Shown in pieces: positions 30,959 through 40,394 of a stretch of 59,167 nucleotides of DNA. Under the pieces are notes generated by a model. That model was not told the DNA's origin. It saw only the letters and a program-made list of their open reading frames with translations, and did no database searches. Position 1 is the stretch's first letter. Each line of letters opens with the position of its first letter. A program made the position numbers and the translations under genes. Origin of the DNA: Bdellovibrionota bacterium FG-2 (GTDB lineage: Bacteria; Bdellovibrionota; UBA1018); contig JBBCAV010000164.1 in the NCBI GenBank assembly GCA_051382305.1, forward strand, positions 1 through 59,167, given 5' to 3'.

Positions 30959-32203
30959 TCAAGCGGAAGCCAAAGAGATCACCTTCTCCCTAAGACAGGG
31001 TAAATAGGCCTCAAATACATTCCCTTTTCCCGGAACGCTCTCGACAAGGCTGACGTTCCCACCGTGCAGGAGTGCAATCTGGCGCGAAATATAAAGGCCT
31101 AGTCCCATTCCCCCGAGGCGGCTGGTCCGCTGAGTTCGTTCAAAGGGACGGAAAATTCTTTCGCGATCTTCGAGAGGGACGCTCGGGCCCTGGTCGCGAA
31201 CAGTCAGGCGAAACGCGGAGTTTTCGTTGTTAAGTCGTACCCAGACAACGCCGCCCTCAGGGGAAAATCGAATCGCGTTCATGACAACATTTGAAATGAG
31301 TTCTTCCATGCGGACGGGATCAATCCAGGCGACGAGTTCCTCGGGGCCGTTGAAATGAATGCTGACTCCCGCATCTTGAGCGATTGGCATGAGCCGTGTA
31401 TCCAAGGTTTCCTTGATGAGCGTTACAACGTCCGTTTCGGTTGGCTCCACGAGGAACCGGCCGTTTTGAATTCGGGAGACGTCTAAAAGTCCGTCAATAA
31501 GTTCGTTAAGTCTTTGTACTTGTCGGATCATCACTCGCACATAGGTCTTTTGTTTCTCAGCATTGAGGAGTGGATCACTGCTTTTGAGCATTCGCTCTTC
31601 AAGTTGAAGGACACCATAGATCGATGTGAGTGGAGTTTTCAGCTCATGACTTGCGACCGAAAGAAACTGCGTCCGCTGAGCCAGGAGGGATTCCAGTTTC
31701 CAAGTGGTCGCAAGAAGAGAGAGCCGAAGGGAAACACAAACCAGACGGGACTCCTCTTCGCGGGTAAGACGTTGATCTGAGCCGATTGCAATCCAACCCA
31801 AGACGCTGGTCTCACTCCCTTCCTCTTTTGCGAGGTCCGTACGGGTTTGAACGCGAATTTCCGAGAGGTGAATATAGGACTTGGTCGCCTCAGTGGTCCA
31901 GGGGCGAAAGTCGCTGGGGATTTCCAAGCTTAAAAAAGCATCTCCGTTCCCTGGTGTCGATTGGTGCTGAGAAAGGATGGGTTTGAGAAAACCTTTGAGC
32001 AATTCAAATCGGGCGATCCCTTCGAAGGGGGTGCGCGCTTTCCAATCGATGAGTTCGAGAGGCTCTCGTACTGAAAGGGCAACGAACGGGATTTTGAGAA
32101 GTGCCGCGATCTGATTGGTAATCACGGAGAGCTCATTCTTGTTCAATGGCCATGTGCGTGTGTTCTTGAGAAAATCAGAGAGTTCAATGCTGTCCATATC
32201 CAT
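30959..32203 (-). CDS. cytoplasmic sensor histidine kinase (GAF-like N-terminus, HisKA, HATPase_c)
   Basis: The H-box is SVASHELKTPLTSI, the N-box is NVVMNAIRFSP and the G-boxes are GGMGLGLYISRQIALLHGG. No TM segment is present and no cognate response regulator is adjacent. Confidence 0.85.
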   Translation of the reverse strand: MDMDSIELSDFLKNTRTWPLNKNELSVITNQIAALLKIPFVALSVREPLELIDWKARTPFEGIARFELLKGFLKPILSQHQSTPGNGDAFLSLEIPSDFRPWTTEATKSYIHLSEIRVQTRTDLAKEEGSETSVLGWIAIGSDQRLTREEESRLVCVSLRLSLLATTWKLESLLAQRTQFLSVASHELKTPLTSIYGVLQLEERMLKSSDPLLNAEKQKTYVRVMIRQVQRLNELIDGLLDVSRIQNGRFLVEPTETDVVTLIKETLDTRLMPIAQDAGVSIHFNGPEELVAWIDPVRMEELISNVVMNAIRFSPEGGVVWVRLNNENSAFRLTVRDQGPSVPLEDRERIFRPFERTQRTSRLGGMGLGLYISRQIALLHGGNVSLVESVPGKGNVFEAYLPCLREKVISLASA

Positions 32204-32347
32204 AGGGGCAAAGTATCACAGCGGTTTGGGAGCGACTCTGCGTAAAATGCGAAGGCACGCCAATTGAACAGTGTATTGCCTGAGAACCCGAGGTGTGTGC
32301 GCGTCGCCGCCAACCGCCCCCCAAACAGATGCCGCCCCCTAGGGTTG

Positions 32348-32381
32348 CGGGGCAAGTTTTGGCTTGCCCCGTCTTTTTTTT
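32348..32381 (+). terminator. strong Rho-independent terminator in the 5' leader of the cNMP-binding-domain gene
   Basis: A 9-bp GC-rich stem (CGGGGCAAG at 32348..32356 pairing with CTTGCCCCG at 32363..32371) has a 6-nt loop and is followed by TC and T8 (32374..32381). It lies 43 nt before the ATG at 32424. Confidence 0.7.
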
Positions 32382-32423
32382 GACTCTAAAGGTTTGGCCA
32401 TTTTGTGACGAATAAGTCTTGCT

Positions 32424-33530
32424 ATGAACGCACCACTTAAATCCGATCCACAGGCCGGTTCTCGCTCAGTAACGCATTTCGACCTTGGAAAAGGGGACCT
32501 TCTTTTCGCAGAGGGAGAGGGATCGCGGTCGATGTATCTGCTGGAGTCGGGATTGATTAGACTTTTTAAGAAGAAAGGCGATGCCTTTATTGAATTGGAG
32601 ACGGTGCATCCAGGACAGATGTTTGGGGAATTATCGTTTCTTGACGGGCAGCCGCGCTCCTCGTCTGCTGAGGCGCTCATGAATTGTAAGTTATCTGAGA
32701 TTTCAAATGAGCTCTTTCAGACGACTTCGCGCGGAATGCCAGAATGGTTTAAGCATCTTTTGAAGGCAGTTGTCGGCCGATTGCGGGCCGCGGACAGTCG
32801 GATCAAGCAGCTCGAGACGGCGTCGACTGCCGTTCATTATGATGAAAATCTCGGAAAGCGGATAACGGAATATATCTTTTTATCGCCGCTTGATGTTTTG
32901 AAGATTGCGGCGGGCATTCTTTTGGTGGCGGCTCGCAGCGGTAAGGTTGCGTCTCCTGAATCGGAGGGAATCCATGTTGCGGCCGGAGGTTTGTATCGTT
33001 ATGTCAATCAGATCATGGGCGTTCCCGTGGCAAAAATTTCGGCATTGATTGAGGTCTTGAGTGAAAATCTTGTCACGACAACTAAGAAAGATGAAAAAGG
33101 AAATCAGATCTATTTGCATGACGCAGATTTTTTGGAGCGCATGACTGTTTACCTCAATGAAGAGAATCTTGCCAATTCCTCGAAACGCCATGACCTCAGT
33201 GCGCGGGGGTTTCGGATTATGGAGCTCATCGCACATTATGTCAAAAGTACCCCTCCCCAAGTAAATGCTGAGACGGGCAAAGCGCCTATTAATGTCGCAG
33301 AGGTGCGAAAGCTTGCGATCACTCCAGAGAGTCGCGATCCTTTTCGGATGCAAGAAGTCGCAGAGCTCATAAAGCTCGAGTATGCGTCGAATCTAAATGT
33401 GAAATCCTCAAATGAAGTTACTACCGAAATTAATGTCGCACATTTCTTAGAGTCTTACCGCATTCAGAAGATTGTGCTTTCGATTAACGCACTCAATGAG
33501 CAAAAACAAAGCGGTGGGGCGAGGCACTAG
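32424..33530 (+). CDS. cyclic-nucleotide-binding (Crp-type cNMP) domain protein with unknown ~230-aa C-terminal region
   Basis: The cNMP beta-roll reads LLFAEGEGSRSMYLLESGLIRLFKKKG...GQMFGELSFLDGQPRSSSAEA. I recognise no HTH at the C-terminus. Confidence 0.75.
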   Translation: MNAPLKSDPQAGSRSVTHFDLGKGDLLFAEGEGSRSMYLLESGLIRLFKKKGDAFIELETVHPGQMFGELSFLDGQPRSSSAEALMNCKLSEISNELFQTTSRGMPEWFKHLLKAVVGRLRAADSRIKQLETASTAVHYDENLGKRITEYIFLSPLDVLKIAAGILLVAARSGKVASPESEGIHVAAGGLYRYVNQIMGVPVAKISALIEVLSENLVTTTKKDEKGNQIYLHDADFLERMTVYLNEENLANSSKRHDLSARGFRIMELIAHYVKSTPPQVNAETGKAPINVAEVRKLAITPESRDPFRMQEVAELIKLEYASNLNVKSSNEVTTEINVAHFLESYRIQKIVLSINALNEQKQSGGARH

Positions 33531-34597
33531 GCGAGTTCGGGACGTTTGATCTTAACCTGATCGACTATTTTGCGAATGTCTTGCGCACGATCTTTACGGG
33601 CAATGAGCAGTGCCTGCTCGGTTTGAACTATGACAAGGTCTTCGATGCCGAGGAGCGCGACAAGTTTTCCGGCGACATCAATGACGTTGTGCTTTGAGTC
33701 CACGGAGATAACTTCGCCTCCCAACACCACACCTGCCTCAGTTTCCGTACCGAGGACGCCAACCATCGTGTCAAGTGAAGTCCAGTTTCCAAGATCGTCC
33801 CAGCCGCAATCGAGTTCAAAAGAAACAACGTTCTGGGATTTTTCCATAATCCCGTAGTCAATCGAGGTCGCGGTCATGTTGGGATAGGCACGTTCTACAC
33901 TGCCTTGTGAAGCCTTCCATGCGATTGCCATTTCAGGCATAAGACGATCAAAAGCCTTTAGAATGGTGGAGGCACGCCAGACGAACATTCCTCCGTTCCA
34001 GAGATACCCCTCACGAACAAAGCTGGCCGCCTTCTCGACGTTGGGCTTTTCCACAAAGGCTTCCACAGTGCGGCACCCAGAGTCTTTGGAAATTTCCACT
34101 CCTACTTTAAGGTACCCGTAGCCTGTTTCGGGTCTGGAGGGGCGAATTCCCAGCGTGATAAGATCCTCATGTGTGATGGCCCATTCGATGGCAGTTTTTA
34201 CTGTCTTCTGAAACGCCGCTGGGTTTTTCATGAAGTGATCAGCGGGCATTACCAGCATCACGCCTTCTGGGTTTTGTTTCATGACTTCTTGAGCCGCCCA
34301 GTAAATGCATGGAGCGGTATTTCGTCCTTGCGGCTCTGCAAGCACCAGGGCTTTTGGGCTGTCTGCACGAACTGCTTCTTCGAGGAGTTGAGTCGTGACA
34401 ATCCAGTTTTGCTCGGCCGGTACGAAACTGGAAAAACGCGCTAAGGTTTGCGTGAGAAGTGTTTGAGGGTCTGCGTCTTTGGCGGAGTGATCTGAAAAAC
34501 TCAAAAGCTGTTTGGGTTTCCGTGAAGTGCTCTTGGGCCAGAACCGAGTTCCACTTCCACCTGCCATAACAATGAGAAAAAGGTTTTTTTGATTCAT
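33527..34597 (-). CDS. mannose-1-phosphate guanylyltransferase-type nucleotidyltransferase (no fused cupin)
   Basis: Recognisable segments are LIVMAGGSGTRFWPKS...KQLL, ...GRNTAPCI..., LVMPADH and GYGY. An ATGA overlap joins it to the upstream cupin gene. Confidence 0.85.
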   Translation of the reverse strand: MNQKNLFLIVMAGGSGTRFWPKSTSRKPKQLLSFSDHSAKDADPQTLLTQTLARFSSFVPAEQNWIVTTQLLEEAVRADSPKALVLAEPQGRNTAPCIYWAAQEVMKQNPEGVMLVMPADHFMKNPAAFQKTVKTAIEWAITHEDLITLGIRPSRPETGYGYLKVGVEISKDSGCRTVEAFVEKPNVEKAASFVREGYLWNGGMFVWRASTILKAFDRLMPEMAIAWKASQGSVERAYPNMTATSIDYGIMEKSQNVVSFELDCGWDDLGNWTSLDTMVGVLGTETEAGVVLGGEVISVDSKHNVIDVAGKLVALLGIEDLVIVQTEQALLIARKDRAQDIRKIVDQVKIKRPELA

Positions 34598-34947
34598 CGC
34601 CCGTAGCTGTCTTCGATGCGGACTACATCATCGAGTTGGGGAGTGGAAACCTCGAAAACTTCACAGGTTTCAAGGGCAATCATGCGATGTTTGCGGCCCC
34701 TGGGAATATGGTAAGCTTCACCGGCGTCGAGGATAATGTCCTGCAAAATACCTGCGTCGTTTTCGAAGACGAAATTCATTTTTCCGGAATAGACGAGAAT
34801 GGTCTCGAACTTCTCCCGGTGGTATTGCAGCGAAAGCCGTTCCCCTTTGTTGATATGGAGAATTTTTCCAGCATAAGCGTTAGTTTTCGCCCAAATGAGT
34901 TCATGACCCCAGGGCTTTGTGATCTTTTGAATCGTTTGTTTCGACAT
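34594..34947 (-). CDS. stand-alone cupin (type II phosphomannose isomerase-like barrel)
   Basis: Recognisable segments are KPWGHELIWA...AGKILHINKGERLSLQYHREK.ETILVYSGK...AYHIPRGRKHR. Confidence 0.75.
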   Translation of the reverse strand: MSKQTIQKITKPWGHELIWAKTNAYAGKILHINKGERLSLQYHREKFETILVYSGKMNFVFENDAGILQDIILDAGEAYHIPRGRKHRMIALETCEVFEVSTPQLDDVVRIEDSYGR

Positions 34948-34965
34948 GCCTATTGGTATAGTTTG

Positions 34966-35781
34966 TTATTGGTTTTCTACAACGACAAAATGATCGATCG
35001 TCTTCTTTTGTTGAAGGGATTCAGCGGCCTTTTCTGCAACTTTTTTAGTCGCAAACGCGCCTAAATAGACCCGATACCAAGTGCCCTTGCCCTTGACGTC
35101 GGCCTCATGAACCGAGCCCGCCAAACCCGAACTCCCCAGATCTTTGAGTTTAGTTTCCGCCTCCGCGCGAGAAGGGAAGGAGCCAATTTGAAGAGCGTAT
35201 TTTCCGGAGACGGAGGCAGCCTCAGAAGAAGACTCAGAAGATTCGTGGGTTTCTGAATCGGTCTTTGGCACTTCTTGGTGTGTAGTAAGGTTGGCCTTTT
35301 CTTCTGTTTTTGTATTAGCCTTAGCTTCGCCCTTATTGTCAGTTTTTTCCTCGTCTTTTTCACTCATTTTTGAGTGCGAGTCTTCTTGCAAAACGACTTT
35401 TGCTTCAGGTTTTGCGCCGTGAGTTGAAGTGGCGCCCCCGGCTTTGCCCTTCGTGTTTTTCGGAAGTTCAATTTGACGAGGGATGTCGAGTTTGATTCCC
35501 GTTCGGGTGACTTCGTCATGAAGGGATTGATTCAAGCTTTCATCAGCAGCGCCCTGGACACTCTTGGCTTGTTCGGCAAGCTCGTGTCGATCTGGGATTT
35601 TATCCGTTGCGGTCTCAAGAGGCGTTCCACTGTTGGATTTGGTTTCAGTGACTTTGGGGGCGATTCTTTTTCCCATGTGAATGCCGAGGGTGAAGGAAAA
35701 AGTGGCGATACCAAGCCCCATTGCGATCAGTAATCCGATCTCTTTTTTTCCGAAAATATAGAGCTGATTCTTAGTTTCCAT
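34966..35781 (-). CDS. SPOR domain protein (septal peptidoglycan binding), membrane anchored
   Basis: An N-terminal TM segment (IGLLIAMGLGIATFSFTLGI) is followed by a low-complexity K/E/T-rich linker. The C-terminal SPOR domain reads YALQIGSFPSRAEAETKLKDL...WYRVYLGAFATKKVAEKAAESL. Confidence 0.8.
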   Translation of the reverse strand: METKNQLYIFGKKEIGLLIAMGLGIATFSFTLGIHMGKRIAPKVTETKSNSGTPLETATDKIPDRHELAEQAKSVQGAADESLNQSLHDEVTRTGIKLDIPRQIELPKNTKGKAGGATSTHGAKPEAKVVLQEDSHSKMSEKDEEKTDNKGEAKANTKTEEKANLTTHQEVPKTDSETHESSESSSEAASVSGKYALQIGSFPSRAEAETKLKDLGSSGLAGSVHEADVKGKGTWYRVYLGAFATKKVAEKAAESLQQKKTIDHFVVVENQ

Positions 35782-35844
35782 TTACTAGAGAATATCGACA
35801 GCTGTGCATGATGTCAATAAAACGGGAAGGTGGGCTGGGATGCG

Positions 35845-36438
35845 TCATGTTGTTCGGTCTATAACAACACTTGCGATGGCGGCATTTGCAGTCATTGCCG
35901 TGAGCTGCAGCGTTTTTTGATTGAGGGAATCCCTCACAAAAAGGCATTCGCCCGTGGCGAGTCGTTCGGTGGGAGCATTGTGTACTTTGAATTCTCCTTG
36001 AACGCAGACAAAAAGATGAAACTCCGAATTAAGAGGGAGGGTGAGGGTGGATGGGCCTCCTTTGGGGATTGCGCTCAAAGCAATTTGGGCTCTCACTTCA
36101 CCCCGGCGGTAAATGATACCAAGATCGCGCACTGGGCCCTGAATCAGTTCTCCTTGGGAGGCCTCCTCGCCAGAAAAACCAAGCGGCTGGCCGCAAACAA
36201 GGGGTTTCCCGTTGAGAATGATCCCCGAGCCTTCGGTAATCATTAGAAGGCGATCATATCCGGGAAATGTTGAAAAGGCTCCGCTCTCATCGATGGGTGC
36301 AGAACTGACGCGCCATAAGAATGCGTCTCCGGGGAATTCTGCTTCGGGCGGGTAAATCGCGATTTGGGTTGTAGTTCCTTTTCCGTTCTTCCAAGGCATT
36401 TGTTTAAAATCGCGGGAGGTGAGGTGAATGATGGGCAT
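35845..36438 (-). CDS. hutD: HutD/Ves family protein
   Basis: The N-terminus LTSRDFKQMPWKNGKGTTTQIAIYP is the family signature. Length is 197 aa. Confidence 0.75.
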   Translation of the reverse strand: MPIIHLTSRDFKQMPWKNGKGTTTQIAIYPPEAEFPGDAFLWRVSSAPIDESGAFSTFPGYDRLLMITEGSGIILNGKPLVCGQPLGFSGEEASQGELIQGPVRDLGIIYRRGEVRAQIALSAIPKGGPSTLTLPLNSEFHLFVCVQGEFKVHNAPTERLATGECLFVRDSLNQKTLQLTAMTANAAIASVVIDRTT

Positions 36439-36512
36439 CGTAAGGCAAGGATAGTATGAGCGCCGGGTGAGTTCTATAGAAATGGTTCTACAGTCTTGGT
36501 ATTCATCTTGAT

Positions 36513-37169
36513 ATGACTAAGGAGATGAACCCGCAGGAAACTCGAGACTTATGCTTTCGCTGTCTTTGCCCCCAAGCCACTTGCTATTGCGAAAAGCTTC
36601 GTCCGTTTCAAACCTCCGGGCTTGTCTTGGTTTTTCTTCAGCATCCGCGGGAGCGAAAAAGAACGATCGGAACGGCCCGCATTGCACACCTTTGCATTGC
36701 AAACTCAAAACTTTTTATGGGAATAAAATTTGATCAGCGCCCTCAAGTGGACGCGCTTATCGAAGATCGGAAGAACTATTGCATGGTCCTCTATCCTGGT
36801 CCCCAGGCGATCAACATTAGCGCGGACAGTCCCGAAGCACATGATAGGCTGGCTCCCGAGGGGAAAAAGCTGGTCATTTTCTTGATCGATGGAACCTGGG
36901 CGTCAGCCAAAAGAATGATCAAGTGGAGTCCAAGGCTGGCAGGCTTGCCGCAGGTTTGTTTTACGCCCGGGCGCGAATCCGAATACGGTTTTCGCAGGCA
37001 GCCGCATCCCCATTGCTTATCGACGATTGAGGCCACTCACCACTTACTTGAGATTTTGGAACCCTCGCCGCACTTGGAGCAGCTCTTGGAGTTGTTTCGC
37101 GATATGGTGAAACGTCAGGTGAAGGAATCAGCCAAGCACGTCGTGAGATCATTGAAGAAGGAGCCTTAG
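36513..37169 (+). CDS. DTW-domain tRNA aminocarboxypropyltransferase-like protein
   Basis: The Cys cluster is CFRCLCPQATCYC, and the DTW motif is LIDGTWASAKRM. Confidence 0.75.
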   Translation: MTKEMNPQETRDLCFRCLCPQATCYCEKLRPFQTSGLVLVFLQHPRERKRTIGTARIAHLCIANSKLFMGIKFDQRPQVDALIEDRKNYCMVLYPGPQAINISADSPEAHDRLAPEGKKLVIFLIDGTWASAKRMIKWSPRLAGLPQVCFTPGRESEYGFRRQPHPHCLSTIEATHHLLEILEPSPHLEQLLELFRDMVKRQVKESAKHVVRSLKKEP

Positions 37170-37756
37170 GCTCGCATAACCTGAACCCATTTCATTCCGG
37201 CCGCCTCAGCAGCCCGAATGCCCTGATCTGCATCCTCAAATACAAGGCAATCCGAGGGTGCGACGCCAAGTCGTGAAGCGCCCAATAAGAAGGGTTCCGG
37301 CGCGGGTTTTCCGCGGGCGTAATCTCCTGCGCAGATAATGGCATTAAAGCAGTCTTGAAGTCCGAGCCGTGTGAGAATTTCAAGCACGCTTTCTCGGCCA
37401 CCCCCGGAAACCACAGCAAGTGGAACAAGTCCTTGGTGAGCCCGAATATGTTCAACAACCGGGACGATGGGGAGAATTTCGTTTGCATTTCTCCAGAACG
37501 CGGCTTCTTTTTGTTGGGCAACATCAAGAAGCGGCATCTTTAGATTGAAGCGCTGATTGAGAATTTCCACCGTCTGCACCAAAGGAATTCCAGCAAGCTC
37601 TCCAAACAAGTTCTCTGAAAACGGACAACTCCATGGACGCAGGGCTTCGCACCAAGCCTTATAATGTGCAGGCATGGTATCCGCGATCGTGCCATCGCAA
37701 TCGTAAAGATAAGCTTTATAGTTACCCCCAGGCAGAGGGGTGAGCAGGTAGCTCAT
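37166..37756 (-). CDS. HAD-superfamily hydrolase (subfamily IA)
   Basis: Motif I is YLYDCDGTIADT, motif II-like is VVSGG, and motif III/IV is GKPAPEPF...VFEDADQGIRAAEAAGM. Confidence 0.8.
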   Translation of the reverse strand: MSYLLTPLPGGNYKAYLYDCDGTIADTMPAHYKAWCEALRPWSCPFSENLFGELAGIPLVQTVEILNQRFNLKMPLLDVAQQKEAAFWRNANEILPIVPVVEHIRAHQGLVPLAVVSGGGRESVLEILTRLGLQDCFNAIICAGDYARGKPAPEPFLLGASRLGVAPSDCLVFEDADQGIRAAEAAGMKWVQVMRA

Positions 37757-38301
37757 GAATTGATTTTACCAAACACTAGCGTATCTCGGTACCCGCTGTC
37801 TGCGAGGCTATCTTCTCGAAGGTGCCCTTCTAAAGCGTAGCCGCAACGTTTTGGAACTCCCGCCGAGCGGGCATTGAGTGGGTCACAGCGAATTTCAATG
37901 CGATGGAATCCTTCCGTAAAAAGCATATTCTCTAGGGCGCTGACAGCCTCACTCACGTAGCCTTGACCTTCGTATTTCCCCAAAATCCAATAACCGAGTT
38001 CGCAACAATCGTTGCTCCAGGAAATCGAGTGAACACCAATATTGCCCAGATATTCGCCGTCTGTTTGGCGAAAAAGGCCGTAGTCAAAGCGCTTAAATTC
38101 TGCCCAACAGGCCTGAGTTTGAAGAATAAACTTGTGCTCGTCTTCGACCGTTTTAATGTGAGGTATCCACGGTAAGAACTCGGCAAGTCGCACTCGGTCT
38201 TGATCAATATAATCAAACTGCGCTTGAGCGTGTGCGGCGTCAACTTTCTTAAGCCAAAGCCGTTCTGACTCAATCTGAAAGGGGAGATGCTTTCTTTCCA
38301 C
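37753..38301 (-). CDS. GNAT N-acetyltransferase (RimJ/RimL-like)
   Basis: Recognisable segments are YWILGKYEGQGYVSEAVSALENMLFTEGFHRIEIRCDPLNARSAGVPKRCGYALEG. An ATGA overlap joins it to the HAD gene. Confidence 0.75.
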   Translation of the reverse strand: MERKHLPFQIESERLWLKKVDAAHAQAQFDYIDQDRVRLAEFLPWIPHIKTVEDEHKFILQTQACWAEFKRFDYGLFRQTDGEYLGNIGVHSISWSNDCCELGYWILGKYEGQGYVSEAVSALENMLFTEGFHRIEIRCDPLNARSAGVPKRCGYALEGHLREDSLADSGYRDTLVFGKINS

Positions 38302-38312
38302 GCCCGAGAAAC

Positions 38313-39197
38313 CTAACTTTCCAAAACTGGAAACACAGATTCCAACTTCAAAAGACGCTCCCAGTTCTGGGCCACATCCTGTTGATAGGCTGCCAACTTT
38401 TCAGGAGGCAATTTTGCAAATCGTTTTTGAAGTGCGAGATATTCGCTCACGGGTCTGAGCTTTTCGGGCTTAACCGTAATCCGATACTCCGAGCGATTGA
38501 AAATCTCATAAAGTGGGAACACGCCAGATTCAACGGCTAAGCGTCCAAGCTTCACTGTATCAGAGGGCTCGCTCTTCCAATTGGGGATACACGGCGAAAG
38601 AATGTGAAGGAATTTAAAGCCCTTGATTTCAGACGCGGTTTTTACTTTTCGCATAAAATCTTCGGGATAACTCACGCTGAGGGTCGCTGTATAAGGAACG
38701 CGGTGCTCGGCCATGATGGCAACAATGTCTTTTTTGCGCTCACTTTTTCCACCCGGTGTGGTCGTGGTCGACGCACCCATGGGGGTCGCCGAGCTGCGCT
38801 GTGCCCCCGTGTTGCCATAGACCTCGTTGTCGTAGCAAACGTAAATAATGTCTTCGTTGCGTTCGGCAGTGCCTGAGAGGCAAGCCATCCCGATGTCGAA
38901 GGTGCCGCCGTCGCCCGCAAAGGCGATGACTTGCCCCGACTCACCATTCATGTCTTGAACGGCCTTAATTGCAGAGGCCATGACCGCAGACGAGGCAAAC
39001 GTGGCAGCCATGACAGGAACTTTATAAGCCGAATAGGGGAACGAGTGGGGAGTGACCACTCCGCAACAGGCCGGAATCGCCATTTTCATTTTCCGCCCCA
39101 GCACGTCCCCGATAAAGTTAAGGGCCAAGGACATTCCGCATCCGGCACAGTTGGTATTCTCAGCACATAAAAGTTCAGAACGATTTTCACCGGCCAT
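38313..39197 (-). CDS. 2-oxoacid:ferredoxin oxidoreductase beta (TPP-binding) subunit
   Basis: Recognisable segments are CAGCGMSLALNF... and GDGGTFDIGMACLSGTAERNEDIIYVCYDNEVYGNTG (the TPP GDG-N motif). Confidence 0.85.
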   Translation of the reverse strand: MAGENRSELLCAENTNCAGCGMSLALNFIGDVLGRKMKMAIPACCGVVTPHSFPYSAYKVPVMAATFASSAVMASAIKAVQDMNGESGQVIAFAGDGGTFDIGMACLSGTAERNEDIIYVCYDNEVYGNTGAQRSSATPMGASTTTTPGGKSERKKDIVAIMAEHRVPYTATLSVSYPEDFMRKVKTASEIKGFKFLHILSPCIPNWKSEPSDTVKLGRLAVESGVFPLYEIFNRSEYRITVKPEKLRPVSEYLALQKRFAKLPPEKLAAYQQDVAQNWERLLKLESVFPVLES

Positions 39198-39200
39198 GGC

Positions 39201-40394
39201 TTAAACCCCCTTCCATTTTGAAGGTCCTGGGATTTCCAGTCGCCCCATTTCGTCGATTACTTCATGAATCAAAGGCGCCGTGACGTCCATTCCACCAATG
39301 CCCATCACGTAGCTTTGAATAAATTTCTTAAGACCGGAGAAAGCAAGGGTCGCGATCACTTCCTGCGCAAAGATTCCCGCAATTCCGTGAGGCGCTCCGA
39401 GCGCGGTGTTACGATCCAGTACCGCAATTTTTCGAGCGTTCTTGCACATGTCTACGAAGGAATCGGTCGGAAACGGCCGGAACATCTTGATGCGAACCAT
39501 TCCCACTTTTTCGCCCTTCGCTCTGCGTTCATCGATCACGCGGCGAGTGGTGCAGCCGATCGTCGCACTGGTAATGAGCAGGATTTCTGCGTCTTCATGA
39601 TGATAGCCCACAATCGGATCCGAGGGGCGCCTGCCAAAGACTTCTTCGAAGCGATCTTGCGCGGCTTTGTAGACTGAAAAGACATTGGCCAGGTCGCGTT
39701 CCATGTCCATTCGATGAGAGGCTGTGACTCGAGGTTGCGTTAAGCCCCCAACGGTCGCGGGTTTTTCAGGGTTTAAGCGGTGAGGTAAGTCTAGTAGCGG
39801 CAGGTATTGATCAGCCTCTTCTTGAGTCGGCAGCAAGGTGGGCATCATCGTATGGCTTAAGATAAACGCGTCCACGCAAAGCATGGAAGGGAGAAGAACT
39901 TTTGGATTTTCAGAAATATAAAAGGACATCAAGATATGATCTACAACCTCTTGATTGTCTTCGCAGTAGATCTGAATCCAGCCCCAGTCCCGAAACATGA
40001 GGCTATCGCCCTGCTCAGCCCAGATGTTCCAAGGAGGGCCAAGTGTTCGGTTAACGACTTGCATGACAATTGGCAGTCGATATAAAGCCGCCCAGACGAT
40101 GTTTTCGGCCATGAAAGCTGCGCCGTTAGAGGAGGTCGCCGTAAAAGAACGGGCGCCCTCGATACTGATCCCAATACACGCAGCCATTGCAGAGTGTTCG
40201 GACTCGACGTGAAAAATACGCCCTTTCTCGATCATTCCTTTTTCATTGAGAGCCACGACGGTTTCAACGACTTCGGTTTGGGGAGTGATGGGATAAATTC
40301 CGCTGCCACATCCTCGGGCTTTGCGATTGGCGTTTCCGGCGACCGTGAACGTCCATCCGCCCGCGTAGTTTGCCGTACAAAGTTCTTGTTTCAT
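39201..40394 (-). CDS. 2-oxoacid:ferredoxin oxidoreductase alpha subunit
   Basis: Recognisable segments are GIYPITPQTEVVE...HVESEHSAMAACIGISIEGARSFTATSSNG. I prefer the ATG at 40394, which overlaps the upstream stop (ATGA), over the ORF-track start at 40541. Confidence 0.85.
   Translation of the reverse strand: MKQELCTANYAGGWTFTVAGNANRKARGCGSGIYPITPQTEVVETVVALNEKGMIEKGRIFHVESEHSAMAACIGISIEGARSFTATSSNGAAFMAENIVWAALYRLPIVMQVVNRTLGPPWNIWAEQGDSLMFRDWGWIQIYCEDNQEVVDHILMSFYISENPKVLLPSMLCVDAFILSHTMMPTLLPTQEEADQYLPLLDLPHRLNPEKPATVGGLTQPRVTASHRMDMERDLANVFSVYKAAQDRFEEVFGRRPSDPIVGYHHEDAEILLITSATIGCTTRRVIDERRAKGEKVGMVRIKMFRPFPTDSFVDMCKNARKIAVLDRNTALGAPHGIAGIFAQEVIATLAFSGLKKFIQSYVMGIGGMDVTAPLIHEVIDEMGRLEIPGPSKWKGV

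Noticed and set aside
32330-32416. 28-codon ORF starting MPPP spanning the leader terminator as a leader peptide
   Set aside because: It has no RBS and conservation is untestable here. I mention it only as a possibility inside the leader finding.
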